Shown: one piece after another, positions 31,237 through 42,814 of the stretch
Position numbering within the stretch: position 1 is the stretch's first letter
Layout: each line of letters begins with the position of its first letter
Assembly (NCBI GenBank): GCA_963833575.1
Contig: CAWHXY010000008.1
Location: 32,001-96,000 of the forward strand
Reading direction: 5' to 3'
Origin: Candidatus Bathyarchaeota archaeon
GTDB taxonomy: Archaea; Thermoproteota; Bathyarchaeia; Bathyarchaeales; Bathycorpusculaceae
Length of the DNA: 64,000 nt
The notes under the pieces: model-generated
Seen by the model: the letters and a program-made list of their open reading frames with translations, nothing else
Told to the model about the DNA's origin: nothing
Databases searched by the model: none
Made by a program: the position numbers and the translations under genes

Positions 31237-32925
31237 TCAATAGTTTGCGGTGTAAATCGCATTCGATGATGGGACTGTTATTGTGTGTGTTTGTGTTCCG
31301 TTGTCTGACCAGCTAGTGAAGGTGTATCCTGAAACGTTGTTTGCTGTTAGTGTGTATTTGCTCCCAACTTTGGCTTGAAACGTGTAAGCGGGATATAATT
31401 CTGCGGCACCATTTACTGATATGAAACTCGACCCTATTGGTGATGATGTGACTGTGACGACCACCACTGAAGGTTGAGTTTGAGTTGTGCCTGTTCCACT
31501 ATTGATAATGTTGATTGTGCAAACAGAAAATGCGTTGCCCCAAATATTATTACCAGAACATGTTGAATCCATGATAAATATTCCAATTGACGCTGTTGTA
31601 ATAGAGTTAAATTCAATAGTATTATATGATGATGCAGGGTCATTGTGGAGAGTTATTACGCCGTCATAATCATTAAGTTGACAATTTGTGAGTATGTTTC
31701 CGGAGATTATGCAATTGGTTGCGCCATTACTTGTGCTGCATTCAGCTAATTCAATTCCGTTTCCAACGTTGATTATTGTATTATTTGCGATTAAGTCGTT
31801 TGCGCCGGCTTCGACTGCGATGCCCCAGTAAGAGTTTCCGTAGCCATACATTGGGCATGATGTGCTGCTGCAGTCGTGAACGTAATTTCCAGTCATGGTT
31901 GTGTTTTCGCCTTGGGCATCTACTGCGACGTCGCTGCAGCCGTAGACTACGTTATTTATGAAGTAATCATTGGTTGATGTCGGGTCGTCTGATATGCCGT
32001 TGGCGCCGCAGTTGTAGACGGTGCAGTCTATGACTCCGTTGTTGTTTCCGGCTTCTTCGTATGCTGCAATTATTCCGAAGCAGCGGACATTGTAAACAGT
32101 GCAATTGTAGATTATGTCGTTGTTGCCGCTGTATGTTATTCCATCATTGAAGTTTGATCCGGTGAGCATAGTTTTGGCAGAGGGCAATTGGTTTAGTCCG
32201 TTTCCGTTTATTGTTGCTCCTGTTACGGTTACGAAGTTGCCGTATATCCACATGATTTTGGTGTTTAGGTTGTTGATGGCTGTTAGGACTGCGCCTGGTT
32301 GGAATGTTACTGTGACGCTGTTGATGTTGATGTTCCATGTTGCGTCTACTGTGTATGCGCCGCTTTTGATGCAGATGGTGTTGTCGCTGGTGGCTTTTCC
32401 TGTTGTTCCTAGTAGGTAGTTGAATGCTGTGCTGGAGCTTGTGCTTGTGTAGATTGGGGTGTTGGCGGAGTTTAGTATTTGGTAGTTTGAGCCTGAGGTG
32501 TCCATGGTGTAGGAGTATGTTCCTGTTGGTGTGGCGGTTGGTGTTGGTGTGGGTGTTGGTACTGATGTTGTTTTTGGGGCCAGAGTTGGGGTTGGTGTTG
32601 GTGTTGGTGTGGCGGTTGGTGTTGGTGTGGGTGTTGGTGTGGCGGTTGGTGTTGGTGTGGGTGTTGGTGTTGGTGTGGCTATTGGTTTTGGTGTGGGTGT
32701 TGGTGTGGCTATTGGTTTTGGTGTGGGTGTTGGTGTGGCTGTTGGAGTAGGGGTTGGCCACCAGTGGATGGGGTTCCACGTAAATGTTCTAGCTTGAACT
32801 ATGCTTGACGGAAACGCTGATATCATGCTTAGGATTAAGAGCGTGCAGATTACTGGAACTGCAAGTTTTGTGAGTTTTTTGAGGTTTACATGATGAAGTG
32901 TTTTCGCTAAGTTGTGTTTTTTCAT
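31237..32925 (-). CDS. Secreted right-handed beta-helix protein, paralogue 3
   Basis: Signal/TM, long TP stalk (32524-32756), ~840-bp core almost identical to paralogue 1. Confidence 0.87.
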   Translation of the reverse strand: MKKHNLAKTLHHVNLKKLTKLAVPVICTLLILSMISAFPSSIVQARTFTWNPIHWWPTPTPTATPTPTPKPIATPTPTPKPIATPTPTPTPTPTATPTPTPTPTATPTPTPTPTLAPKTTSVPTPTPTPTATPTGTYSYTMDTSGSNYQILNSANTPIYTSTSSSTAFNYLLGTTGKATSDNTICIKSGAYTVDATWNININSVTVTFQPGAVLTAINNLNTKIMWIYGNFVTVTGATINGNGLNQLPSAKTMLTGSNFNDGITYSGNNDIIYNCTVYNVRCFGIIAAYEEAGNNNGVIDCTVYNCGANGISDDPTSTNDYFINNVVYGCSDVAVDAQGENTTMTGNYVHDCSSTSCPMYGYGNSYWGIAVEAGANDLIANNTIINVGNGIELAECSTSNGATNCIISGNILTNCQLNDYDGVITLHNDPASSYNTIEFNSITTASIGIFIMDSTCSGNNIWGNAFSVCTINIINSGTGTTQTQPSVVVVTVTSSPIGSSFISVNGAAELYPAYTFQAKVGSKYTLTANNVSGYTFTSWSDNGTQTHTITVPSSNAIYTANY

Positions 32926-33776
32926 TTCTTTCTCTCTCTCTCTTCCCGAATTTTTGAAACCTTATCGGTTGCATCTGTTTTATAGATTCTTGAAAAATCC
33001 ATTACCAGAAATTGTCAACTTTAACGAATCTTTTGCGAAGTCAACTTGACAAAGTTTGCGAAATTTGATTTAACTTGACCCCTTAATGCTTCAGCTTGTG
33101 GCAAGATCATTAATAGTTGACACGTTTCTGATTAAAATTGTTTGAACTTGAATATTCGGGATGAAGAATAAGGAAATCCTGAATTCTCAGCACCATTCTG
33201 TTAAATTGTGCTCACTCACATGAAATTGCGAAGTTGTTAGGGGCTTATCATAAAGAAGATAGGTTTGGGAGATCACTCAAGGGATTGACAGGCATATTCA
33301 AAGTGTTAATCGTTGAGAAGGTTCACATATCTAACTCAACTATAATTATGATTAACTTAGTAAACAATGATCCAGTAAGGAGATATACAATGGAAACCAA
33401 TTTGGGTCAAATTGAGTTCTTATCACCAATGGAATAATTTATCATAAAGAACAGGTGTTTGGTAAATGATAATAGTTACTACCAAAACAAAATAGTAAGA
33501 GGGTTTACACAAAACACCGTCAATCCCCTCATTCTCGCAAAAAAAACAACTGGAATCCAAGAATGCCAACAGTGCAAATAAAACAAAGGTTGTTTTCGTT
33601 TGATCCGTTCAGTTAAACGTATGCGACTGTCTTATTTCCTCATTCAAAAGTATTTTGTTACATCTTAATTTCTGTATGGGCTTAAAGACTTAATAATTAA
33701 GAATTGCAAATAGTACTGACCGGGGGGGCAAAAAGTAGTTCAAAAAGGAAATGAGTTCTTTAAAAAGTTTCAACAC

Positions 33777-34478
33777 ATGATATGTGATGCTGCTTATGCT
33801 CAACCTCTTTCCAGATTTCTTTTTCTTAAAGAAGTTATCGAAAAAATAGTGCCCAGTGAAAAAATACAAGGATCCTATTTAGATATTGGTTGTAGCGAAG
33901 GCATTGCTTCCATGGTTCTGTCAAAACATTTTTCAGAAACAGTAAATACTGATATTGAAAAATGGGCGATTCGAAGTGGCAAGCAGAATTGCAAAAATAA
34001 TTGTATTAATGCTAATTTTATAGCTTCCGATGCGTTAAAATTACCTTTTGTGGATTCAAGCTTTGACGTTATAACATCGTTTTCGCTTATCGAGCATTTG
34101 AATAATCAGAATGAGCTTTTGCATGAAGCAAATAGACTTCTTCGGGAAAACGGAATTTTCATCATGCAAGTCCCCAACCGCAGTTTTTTTGTAGAACTGC
34201 ATACCGGCTTTCCTTTTCCCGCAATCATTCCTAATAAATTTTGGATTTTATATTGCAGATATCTTCTGAAGAGTGGTGAATATCAAGTAAAAAATCTGAA
34301 CAAGCATGAAGTTACTGAGCTCTGCAACTCTAACTTTAATCATACGTACGTTTTGGAGTGCAATTATACTGAGGATAATGTCCCTTTGACTTTTAGAATA
34401 ATATACAAGTTACTTAATAAAGTTGGCATTCTTCATGTTTTTCCTATGGGGTGGATTGCGTTTTGTACAAAAAATTAA
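33777..34478 (+). CDS. Class I SAM-dependent methyltransferase (Methyltransf_11-like)
   Basis: YLDIGCSEG and DALKLPFVDSSFDVITSFSLIEHL motifs. Confidence 0.9.
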   Translation: MICDAAYAQPLSRFLFLKEVIEKIVPSEKIQGSYLDIGCSEGIASMVLSKHFSETVNTDIEKWAIRSGKQNCKNNCINANFIASDALKLPFVDSSFDVITSFSLIEHLNNQNELLHEANRLLRENGIFIMQVPNRSFFVELHTGFPFPAIIPNKFWILYCRYLLKSGEYQVKNLNKHEVTELCNSNFNHTYVLECNYTEDNVPLTFRIIYKLLNKVGILHVFPMGWIAFCTKN

Positions 34479-34835
34479 GAAAATCGATAGTAGACTAGGC
34501 AGTGGTTAAGTCTCGGTTATACACACACGACTATAATCCAGGTGACAACTGTTTTCTCTATCTCCAACAATTCGAGATTTTCCAACGTTGATAATTCTGT
34601 CACTCTGTTTGCGAATAGGCACTAAGTCTTGCCCTTTATCGATAAACTTGGAAAGAAGGGAAAAGTAATAGGGTGAGAATGCAAAAGAGAAAGAATAATT
34701 AATAGGCTTCGCCTAAGCACTATCTTGTCCTTTTAGGGGACTTAGTTGCAAATTCAAAATGTAGGTTGCAGAAAGATTCTTAATCTTTAATTAGGTCTTT
34801 CGGTGTCGATTCAACTAAACTGATTCACAATTTGC

Positions 34836-36437
34836 CTAAGTTGCTGTCTCGCTATTAATTTGTGCTTGTAGGATTTTCATCAATTTCTCAATTAGGTTAA
34901 GCAAAAAACGTAGCGGTTTACTAAGAGGACCAAGAGCATCAACAATTTCCCGAAGATTTTTTAAGTCAGCCCAGTTAAGAGTTCGAGTAATTACAGCAGC
35001 AAAAATAAAAACAAAAAAGAAAACAATTACACCGATGACTAATTGTATCAGATTGGAGAAAGACAATTGAGAAATAAGCACGTAGGTTAAGACGGCAGCT
35101 ATTATTGACGAAAACAGAATCTTTGCAGAAGAAACCCAATCCACCGATACGCCAAATCGCTTTTTAATGAAAAGTAGACTTATGAGTAAACTTGGAAGCC
35201 CATCAATTAACGCGGTAACAATTAAACCTATAACGCCAAACTGAGAAATCAACACAAAACTCAAAGGAAAACCGATCACAATTGAAAGAATAGCCAATTT
35301 CAGGTTGAATGTTGTTTCACCTTGACCGTTTATCAGGTTGCCTGCACTCAAACTGCCAAAAGCAGCCAAAAGATAACTCATAGACAACAAGGCCAAAAAC
35401 AATGGCGCTTGAGTATACTTTTCTCCATATATGGTGCCAATAGCAGGTTGTGCAAGAGCAATAAGCAAAGCGGTAACTGGCACAACAATCAGCGCTGCGT
35501 ACTTAACCGAATACTGGAAAACATTCTTCAGAACCTCTTTATCTTTCAGATGATCCAATTTTGAAAAAGCGGGAAACAGCATAGTTGTTACGGGAGTAGC
35601 AAAGAAACCAATCAAAACCACGAAATTTAAGGCTACATTATAATTGCCGATAATAGCGTTATTGATAACATAGTATGCCAATATGTAACTATAGAACATA
35701 GTCAAAAATCCTGTGAGAATAGTGCCTATCGACAAAGGTAAACCATACCTTAGCATGATTTTAATATTTAATATGATTTCCAGTTTTCCATTAGTGGGTT
35801 TAGGCAAGGATTTGTACATAGTCCACATCAGAAGCACACCTGTTAAACCTGCAAATACGCTGCCAGCTATGAAACCTTCAACTGCTCCAAGAGTGCCCAA
35901 ACCTAAGAGTACAAGTGCAACTACCAGAATAGTTTTGACTACTGATTGAATTATCAACATGTAGCTGCAGAGGTGCATTTTCTCTAAACCTGTGAAAGCT
36001 GCAGTTGCCGCGTTTACCAGCGCACCAGCCAAGATGAAAAAGGAAGCGATCTGGATCAATGGAGATATAGCTGGTCGGTTAAAGCTTATAGCTAAATAAT
36101 GAGCGAGGAAAAAAGAAAGGATGGAGAGTGCTAGACCCAAAACAATCTCGAATAGTGTACCCGAAACAAAAACGCTTCTTATTTTAGCCACATTGTTTTC
36201 ACGGTTGTATTGTGCAGAGTATTTTACCATAGCCGTGTTGATGCCCCAATCCCTGAATGTAGAAATTAGGTTCGGGGCAGTAAGAGCAATTGCATACAGA
36301 CCATAATTATCTGGACCTAGAAGCCGAGCGATAATTATTATACCTACGGCTGAGATGACAGTGGAAGCAACTAAGCCCCAAAGAAGGTGAAAGCTACCTT
36401 TAGCTGAAACCCTTGCCATCTCTGTAGCCTTAGTCAT
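34836..36437 (-). CDS. Oligosaccharide flippase (Wzx/MOP family)
   Basis: IARLLGPDNYGLY, DWGINTAMVKY, ~14 TM segments. ORF is open from 36515; ATG 36437 is the likely start. Confidence 0.9.
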   Translation of the reverse strand: MTKATEMARVSAKGSFHLLWGLVASTVISAVGIIIIARLLGPDNYGLYAIALTAPNLISTFRDWGINTAMVKYSAQYNRENNVAKIRSVFVSGTLFEIVLGLALSILSFFLAHYLAISFNRPAISPLIQIASFFILAGALVNAATAAFTGLEKMHLCSYMLIIQSVVKTILVVALVLLGLGTLGAVEGFIAGSVFAGLTGVLLMWTMYKSLPKPTNGKLEIILNIKIMLRYGLPLSIGTILTGFLTMFYSYILAYYVINNAIIGNYNVALNFVVLIGFFATPVTTMLFPAFSKLDHLKDKEVLKNVFQYSVKYAALIVVPVTALLIALAQPAIGTIYGEKYTQAPLFLALLSMSYLLAAFGSLSAGNLINGQGETTFNLKLAILSIVIGFPLSFVLISQFGVIGLIVTALIDGLPSLLISLLFIKKRFGVSVDWVSSAKILFSSIIAAVLTYVLISQLSFSNLIQLVIGVIVFFFVFIFAAVITRTLNWADLKNLREIVDALGPLSKPLRFLLNLIEKLMKILQAQINSETAT

Positions 36438-36959
36438 TTTCCAATCCCAATAGCTCTTAATTTGTTGATGAGTGATGTTTATCGCTTTTGGTTTTAATGC
36501 ATTAGAATTATCCACAATTTATCAATTGATTGCTTGTTGACGATGTGTTATCCTTTTTAGCATATTTGAGCTGAATATTCTGATAAAGAAAGAGTTTCTT
36601 TTCAGCCCTCATCTATTGAAAAGGCCGATTGCAAAGACGGAAATCTTCAGAACTCCGCGGCAATAGCATTAAGGCGCTTCAAGCTCAAAATAAAGGGAAC
36701 AAAATTGACTAAAATTTAGGCACGAAACGCGAAATAGTTCCAAGAGTAAATCCAAAAAAAGAACAAACATAAAATGCCCCCTCAAAAAATTACCAATCAT
36801 TTCTCTGAATTACTTAACCGAACTCTAGTTCTTAGCCCAAATGGATGAAGAAAGCTTATCTTCACCTAAACAAGCATTAGATTTAAGAATACTAAGATTC
36901 CAAAAAAGATTCATGCTTCAGATAAAGATATTAATTGAAGTGAGAACAAAGGTTAATAA

Positions 36960-37748
36960 ATGCCTCAACTCCAAAAAAAGAAAGTCAACCAAGATATAAA
37001 TACAGTGATTATGATAGGCGCAGTACTTATAACAGGCATAGTCATGATGCTGCTCTCGGTACTGAATGGTTCATCATTTCTAGCTATTCTGGGCGTTTCC
37101 GTATCATTTTGGAGTGTGCTGCTTCTCTTCTTTACTCCCACAAAACATGCATTTCTCGCCTTGTTGAAGGCCTCTGCGAACGCAGGTGGAAGCAACATTG
37201 AACGCTGCCTCATGGAGTTCAATTCGGCTGAAAAGGGCGTGTACTTACCCCCTCAAAACCTTCGAGACTTCGAATCTAGTCTCGTATTCGTACCTGAAAC
37301 AATCCAGACGCCTTTACCAATATCAGCTGAAAAGAGCGATAAGTTATTTACTGAAAAAAAAACTGGGCTGTTTATTACTCCCCCGGGACTTGCCCTTGCT
37401 ACAATGTTTGAACATGAACTCGGCTTGTCTTTCAGAAAAATCACTCTTCCTCAAATGCAGAAGGCTATTTTGAGATTGATTCGCAATCTGAAATTTGCGG
37501 AAAATGCCCAAATTCAGATTAAAGATAAATTAATAATCTTAGAAGTGACTGGCAGCATTTTTAATATGCTTTGCGACGAAACCAGAAATAATCAACCTCG
37601 AACTCACACGCAAGTCGGATGCATTTTAGCAAGTGCTTTCGCATGTGCATTTGCTAAAGCTTCAGATGAGCCGATAACAATCCAAAAAGATACGTTAAAC
37701 AATGATACCAAAACCCTGATTATTCAGTATAGTATAGGTGGAGTGTAA
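36960..37748 (+). CDS. Hypothetical archaeal membrane protein (two N-terminal TMs)
   Basis: Two TMs; GVYLPP, ITPPGLAL and VGCILASA motifs; location next to the flippase. Confidence 0.7.
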   Translation: MPQLQKKKVNQDINTVIMIGAVLITGIVMMLLSVLNGSSFLAILGVSVSFWSVLLLFFTPTKHAFLALLKASANAGGSNIERCLMEFNSAEKGVYLPPQNLRDFESSLVFVPETIQTPLPISAEKSDKLFTEKKTGLFITPPGLALATMFEHELGLSFRKITLPQMQKAILRLIRNLKFAENAQIQIKDKLIILEVTGSIFNMLCDETRNNQPRTHTQVGCILASAFACAFAKASDEPITIQKDTLNNDTKTLIIQYSIGGV

Positions 37749-37749
37749 A

Positions 37750-37959
37750 ATGTTTCTTCCTCCATTAACTCTACAGGATATAAGTGTACTCCTTGCTGTC
37801 AGTGCTATCCTTCTCCTTATTACTGCAGAAATTGCCCCATATGCTTCAGGGGGGCAGACGTTAACTTCAGATATCAAGAAACTTCGCAACTTGGCTTTGG
37901 TACTCGGCATGTTGTTCTTGGCAACGATTATCCTAGAATATCTGCCACTAAACTTTTAA
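37750..37959 (+). CDS. Small 2-TM membrane protein
   Basis: LAVSAILLLITAEIAPY...KKLRNLALVLG; directly follows the previous stop codon. Confidence 0.65.
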   Translation: MFLPPLTLQDISVLLAVSAILLLITAEIAPYASGGQTLTSDIKKLRNLALVLGMLFLATIILEYLPLNF

Positions 37960-38311
37960 TTGCAAAGACTTTCGAAAACTCTGCAAACATAGATTCAATT
38001 GCATAATATTATCCTATTTCCTTAAAGAAATTGGATATGACTATTCTATTGAATCAAAAGAAAATTAAACAAATTAAGAAATTACTTATCCAATCTGACA
38101 ATAATAACGAAGCTTGCAGTTTGAAAATTTACAAGTTTTACGTGCAATCATGACAGACGGTATTTTATAAAAAAATGATCTTTGGCTGAACACGAAAGCT
38201 ACGCTCTAAAAGATATAAAAGTGTGGAAAGGTTAAAAAACATTGAGAACGGGTGTCTTCAATAGGCATTTACTCAATTTAAATCAAACATAAACATCAGA
38301 AGAAAAAAAGT

Positions 38312-41191
38312 ATGAAGAAACTACAAATCCTAATAATTGCGTTTCTACTTTCGTTATCGATCTTTGCATTCGTGAGCATGCAAGCCAAAGCTGCAAATGC
38401 ACCCATTAGTCTAAGTGTAAATTCAGGTTATGTTGGTGACAGTGTTACGGTTTCCGCAAACAGCGGTTTTGGTCCTGGTTCAGGGGTTACTATAACCATA
38501 AAGTTTGATGACGTCGCTCTGAACACTTCTCCGAGTCCAGTAACTACTAATGGCCTGGGCGGATTTACTGCTATCTTCACTGTTCCGACTGCAACTCCAG
38601 GCACGCACACTGTTACTGCAACAGACTCCAACAGCAACACAGGTTCAATAACGTTTACGGTTTATGCTCCTCCTGTTGTTGCTGTATCTCCTACATCGTG
38701 GAGTATGGACGTTAATCAATCTAAGACGTTTGTTGCTTCTGCAAGTGGTGGCTCTGGTACCTACTCGAGTTATCAATGGTATGTTGGTAGTTCTATTCAA
38801 TCTGGTGCGACTGCATCAACGTTCAATTATTCTCCTACATCTGCAGGTTCCTATTCGATACTCGTGACCGTTACTGACAGTTTAGGAAAAACTTCAGCTC
38901 AGTCTTCTCCTGCTGCCTCGGTTACTGTGAATTCTGCGTTGGTTGCTCCTACTGTGTCTGCTTCTGCGAGTACGATTAATCAGGGTCAAAATTGCAGTTT
39001 GTCTTCTGTTGCTGTGTCTACCGGTACTGGTCCGTATACGTATCAGTGGCTTGAGAAGGTTCCTGGCGCAAGTTCATACTCATTGATTAGCGGTGCAATT
39101 TCATCAACCTACTCTTTCATTACTTCTAGTTCTACGACTACTGGATCTTGGGGTTTTGAGCTTCAAGTTACTGACTCCGCTTCGGAAGTTGTTATCTCAA
39201 CCTCTGTGTCAGTAATAGTTAATGCAGTTCCAATTGTGAATGTAACGCCTATCTCATGGACTATGGACGTTGGTCAGTCTCTAACGTTCACGGCTACTCC
39301 AAGCGGCGGGTCAGGCAGTTACCCATCTACGGGTTATAAGTGGTATGTGGGTGGCGTTGTTCAGAGCGGCCAGACCGCGTCAACATTTAGTTATTCTCCC
39401 ACATCTGCAGGGGCTTTCTTGATTACTGTGACAGTTACTGATAGTCAAGGCGGGACTTCGGCTATATCTTCTGCTGCGACAGTAACTGTTAATGCTTCGC
39501 CGACCGTAAGTATTGCTCCCATTGGTCCTCTCACCTTAGGTTTTGCTCAAGTTCAGTCATTTACGGCTACTCCTAGTGGTGGTTCAGGTACTTTGTCTTA
39601 TCAGTGGTATTTAGACGGCATCGCGGTTGGCAACATTGCAACTTATTCTTATACTGCTGTTGCCGGTTCTCATCAAGTTTATGTTAATGTAACTGATAAC
39701 GCGAGTGCACCGTACATGGTTAAGTCTAACGTTGTTTCGATTACTGTGAATTCTGCGTTGGCTCCTCCTACTGTGTCTGCTTCGGTGAGTTCCGTTAAGC
39801 AGGGTGAGACTTGCAGTTTGTCTTCTGTTGCTGTGTCTACCGGTACTGGTCCGTATACGTATCAGTGGCTTGAGAAGGTTCCTGGCGCAAGTTCTTATTC
39901 GCCGATTAGTGGTGCGACTTCAACCAGTTATTCTTTTGTTACTGCGGATTCTACGATTCCGGGTGTTTGGAGTTTTAAGCTTAATGTTACTGATGCGGCT
40001 TTGGCAGTGGTTACTTCGAACTCTGTGTTGGTTACAGTGAATTCTGCTCCGCTAGATCACTTTGTATTTAGCTCCGTAGGTAACCAGATTGCAGGTACAT
40101 CATTTAGCATAACAATTACAGCTATGGACGCTCTAAACAATACACTTACGAATTACAGCGGAACCAACAATTTGAATGTTTCAACTGGAACTATTAGTCC
40201 ATCTAGCACCGGCGCCTTCTCGAATGGTGTTTGGAGTGGTTCAGTCACAGTCACAAAAGCTGGTTCAGGAATCTGGCTTTTCACATCTGTTTCTGGCATG
40301 TCTGGAACGAGTAGCAGTTTCACCGTTAACCCTAGTGTTCTTGACCATTTCACGTTCAGCACTGTTAGTGATCAAACTGTTGGTTCTGCTTTTACAATAA
40401 CCGTCACCGCTGAAGACGCGTTTAACAACGCGGTTACAGATTATGTTGGCACGCCTTCTTTGACCGTTTCAGCAGGATCCATTAATCCACAAACTATGCC
40501 TGCTTTCGTTAGCGGAGTAGGGTCCACTTCGATTACGATCAATAATGCCGGATCAAGCCTTACTATTACAGCTACTGATGGCACTCATACCGGCGGAAGT
40601 AACCCATTTACAATAACACTTAACCCAACTCCCACACCAACATCATCTCCCACTCAAACGTCAACGCCAACACTTTCTCCCACAACTAAACCCACAACCA
40701 CGCCTGCATCTTCATCAATTATAGCTCCGTTTGTTACAACCGTGCCAGCTATCACAGATAACGGAACAACAATTAATCTTGAAATCAGATCCAACACAAA
40801 CAGTTCACAAATATCCAGCGCCACAATCATAACAAATCAAACCATCAAAACAACCATAGTGTCTTTCACAATAACAGGACCAGATGGTCTATCAATCTTT
40901 AACAATGTGACTATTCCGAAGAATGCAATCTCATATGGAACAATCCCAGTTGTATTAGTGGACGATCAGTACGCTTCAAACCAGGGGTACGCGCAAGATG
41001 CCAATAACTTTTACGTCTGGTACGAAACGCAGTTTAGCACACATCAAGTGAAGATACAATTTGCAGCATCTTCCTCATTGCAACTGCCAATTTCGCCTGT
41101 GGTTATCGTCGGTGTAATCGTCACAGAAATCGTTTTAATCTACACGGCAATAGCCGTCCGTCGCTTAAGACGAAAGCCTGGCAACGAATAA
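38312..41191 (+). CDS. Cell-surface protein with multiple Ig-like/PKD modules, TP linker and C-terminal TM
   Basis: Signal peptide, repeated SYQWY/VTVTDS modules, internal DNA duplication (~38923-39074 vs ~39742-39894), TM followed by RRLRRK. Confidence 0.85.
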   Translation: MKKLQILIIAFLLSLSIFAFVSMQAKAANAPISLSVNSGYVGDSVTVSANSGFGPGSGVTITIKFDDVALNTSPSPVTTNGLGGFTAIFTVPTATPGTHTVTATDSNSNTGSITFTVYAPPVVAVSPTSWSMDVNQSKTFVASASGGSGTYSSYQWYVGSSIQSGATASTFNYSPTSAGSYSILVTVTDSLGKTSAQSSPAASVTVNSALVAPTVSASASTINQGQNCSLSSVAVSTGTGPYTYQWLEKVPGASSYSLISGAISSTYSFITSSSTTTGSWGFELQVTDSASEVVISTSVSVIVNAVPIVNVTPISWTMDVGQSLTFTATPSGGSGSYPSTGYKWYVGGVVQSGQTASTFSYSPTSAGAFLITVTVTDSQGGTSAISSAATVTVNASPTVSIAPIGPLTLGFAQVQSFTATPSGGSGTLSYQWYLDGIAVGNIATYSYTAVAGSHQVYVNVTDNASAPYMVKSNVVSITVNSALAPPTVSASVSSVKQGETCSLSSVAVSTGTGPYTYQWLEKVPGASSYSPISGATSTSYSFVTADSTIPGVWSFKLNVTDAALAVVTSNSVLVTVNSAPLDHFVFSSVGNQIAGTSFSITITAMDALNNTLTNYSGTNNLNVSTGTISPSSTGAFSNGVWSGSVTVTKAGSGIWLFTSVSGMSGTSSSFTVNPSVLDHFTFSTVSDQTVGSAFTITVTAEDAFNNAVTDYVGTPSLTVSAGSINPQTMPAFVSGVGSTSITINNAGSSLTITATDGTHTGGSNPFTITLNPTPTPTSSPTQTSTPTLSPTTKPTTTPASSSIIAPFVTTVPAITDNGTTINLEIRSNTNSSQISSATIITNQTIKTTIVSFTITGPDGLSIFNNVTIPKNAISYGTIPVVLVDDQYASNQGYAQDANNFYVWYETQFSTHQVKIQFAASSSLQLPISPVVIVGVIVTEIVLIYTAIAVRRLRRKPGNE

Positions 41192-41333
41192 ACTTGAACT
41201 TCAAAACTCAATTTTTAGGGAACCGTTTACATTCGTTTTGTAGTTTTGTTGTACAGGTATTCTTTTCTATGGGTGTTGTCACAACACTTTTAAGGTATGT
41301 ATTGTGATTTAAGACTTAAGATGTGCTAAAAGG

Positions 41334-41918
41334 ATGGATTTTAAAACTTTAAAAAAAGCCTCGCAATCATCCTCAAAAAAATCGACACACTTAAAAATCC
41401 TCAAAAAAATCAGCGCCATCAAGACTAACCTGAAGAAAATTAATGTAAAGCAGTTCAACTTAAAGAAAATTAATCTTAGAATAACAGGTGTCATCATACT
41501 AATGATTCTGGCGATATCACTCACCCTAACAACTTACGCAGCTTTAACAACAAACAAAACCGTCCTTTCAGCAGGAGGAGTAACTGTCACAGCAAACCTA
41601 GGAGTTTACTCAGACAACGCTTTTCAAAATAACTTAACATCAATAAATTGGGGTTCACCAACGCCTGGAACAAATGTCACCAGGACAATATACATCAAAA
41701 ACACTAGTAGCGGAGTATCTCTCGCATTAAGTATGGTGCCTATCGGTTGGATTCCAACAAACGCAAACGGACCAATAACCCTTACATGGGACCAAGAAGG
41801 CACAAGACTCTTACCTGGCCAATCAACTGCCGCAATGTTGACCTTGGTAATTTCACCGACCGTGGTTGATATTACGAATTTTAGCGTCTCAATCTCGATA
41901 CTAGGAACACAATACTAA
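41334..41918 (+). CDS. Hypothetical membrane-anchored beta-sandwich protein
   Basis: Lys-rich N-terminus, TM, LGVYSD...SINWG..PG...IYIKN domain. Confidence 0.7.
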   Translation: MDFKTLKKASQSSSKKSTHLKILKKISAIKTNLKKINVKQFNLKKINLRITGVIILMILAISLTLTTYAALTTNKTVLSAGGVTVTANLGVYSDNAFQNNLTSINWGSPTPGTNVTRTIYIKNTSSGVSLALSMVPIGWIPTNANGPITLTWDQEGTRLLPGQSTAAMLTLVISPTVVDITNFSVSISILGTQY

Positions 41919-42448
41919 TAATGAAGTCTCAAACAAAACTACTTTTTTCTATAAAGAAAATCCTAATATTTCTTTAATAGTGCGTTTCTATTTTTTTCGA
42001 TGTTGAGTCTCAGCAAGTTTTCATGGATTGTAACTTTTTATGGATTTTTTGAGGCTAATCTTGAGCTCATTTGAAATCTTGGTCAATGAAGAACGAAGAG
42101 AAAAGATTTGTAAAAAACTTTTTCATTTGATTTAAGTTTGTATAATTTTCCTCCCGATAGAAGACTTCAATTTTGCTTTTCAACTGCAATAAAGAGTAAG
42201 TTGCCCTTAAAGTGCGTTCTTTAATCGTTTGTGTTGGCCTGTTTTCACTTGTACTGGACTAGAGTCTGTGGATTGCGAACAACTTGAATTTTGGATGGGG
42301 TATTAGCATTTTTGATTGATGTGTCTTTTTTGTATACATCAATTTTCGTAATATGTCAATGTTCGAAGTAACCGCTATATTAAGTCTCAATACACTTTTA
42401 ACTGTAGGTAAGTATTACAAAACGACATAAGGAGAAAAGGGCAATAAA

Positions 42449-42814
42449 ATGGACTACATGCAAATTGAGAACTTTCCAAAAATACGGCTGAACTTTAACT
42501 CTACGAGCTTTGATAAAACTATACTTGAAGCGTTAGATCAGACATTTTCAAAGTTAGGTGAGGAGGTTAAACAAAAGTTCTATTTCTTCTTAGACGTAAA
42601 CTTCAAAATAAGCAAAGAAAACATACCTGATCAAATAGGTGATTTTGTTTGTGCTCTCGAAAGTATTTTTGGGGCAAGTGCGTCGCTCCTCGAAATGGAT
42701 GTAATGAAAACTTTAAGGCAAAATGTTCCTTCTTTCACCTACGTAGCTGAGAGTCCTGAGATAAGCTTTGAGCGTTATTTATTCTCATTAAAGCAGTATA
42801 TTGAAAACACCTAA
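42449..42814 (+). CDS. Hypothetical archaeal protein (DUF3227-like)
   Basis: ILEALDQTFSKLGEEVK...FVCALESIFGASASLLE pattern; GGAG upstream. Confidence 0.65.
   Translation: MDYMQIENFPKIRLNFNSTSFDKTILEALDQTFSKLGEEVKQKFYFFLDVNFKISKENIPDQIGDFVCALESIFGASASLLEMDVMKTLRQNVPSFTYVAESPEISFERYLFSLKQYIENT

Noticed and set aside
21693-32925. Diversity-generating retroelement explaining paralogue variation
   Set aside because: No reverse transcriptase in the window, and differences are block-wise rather than adenine-specific.
33234-33437. 67-aa ORF (and similar short ORFs at 1044-1244, 11039-11230, 63491-63730)
   Set aside because: No recognisable motif or translation signal; likely spurious or unidentifiable remnants.
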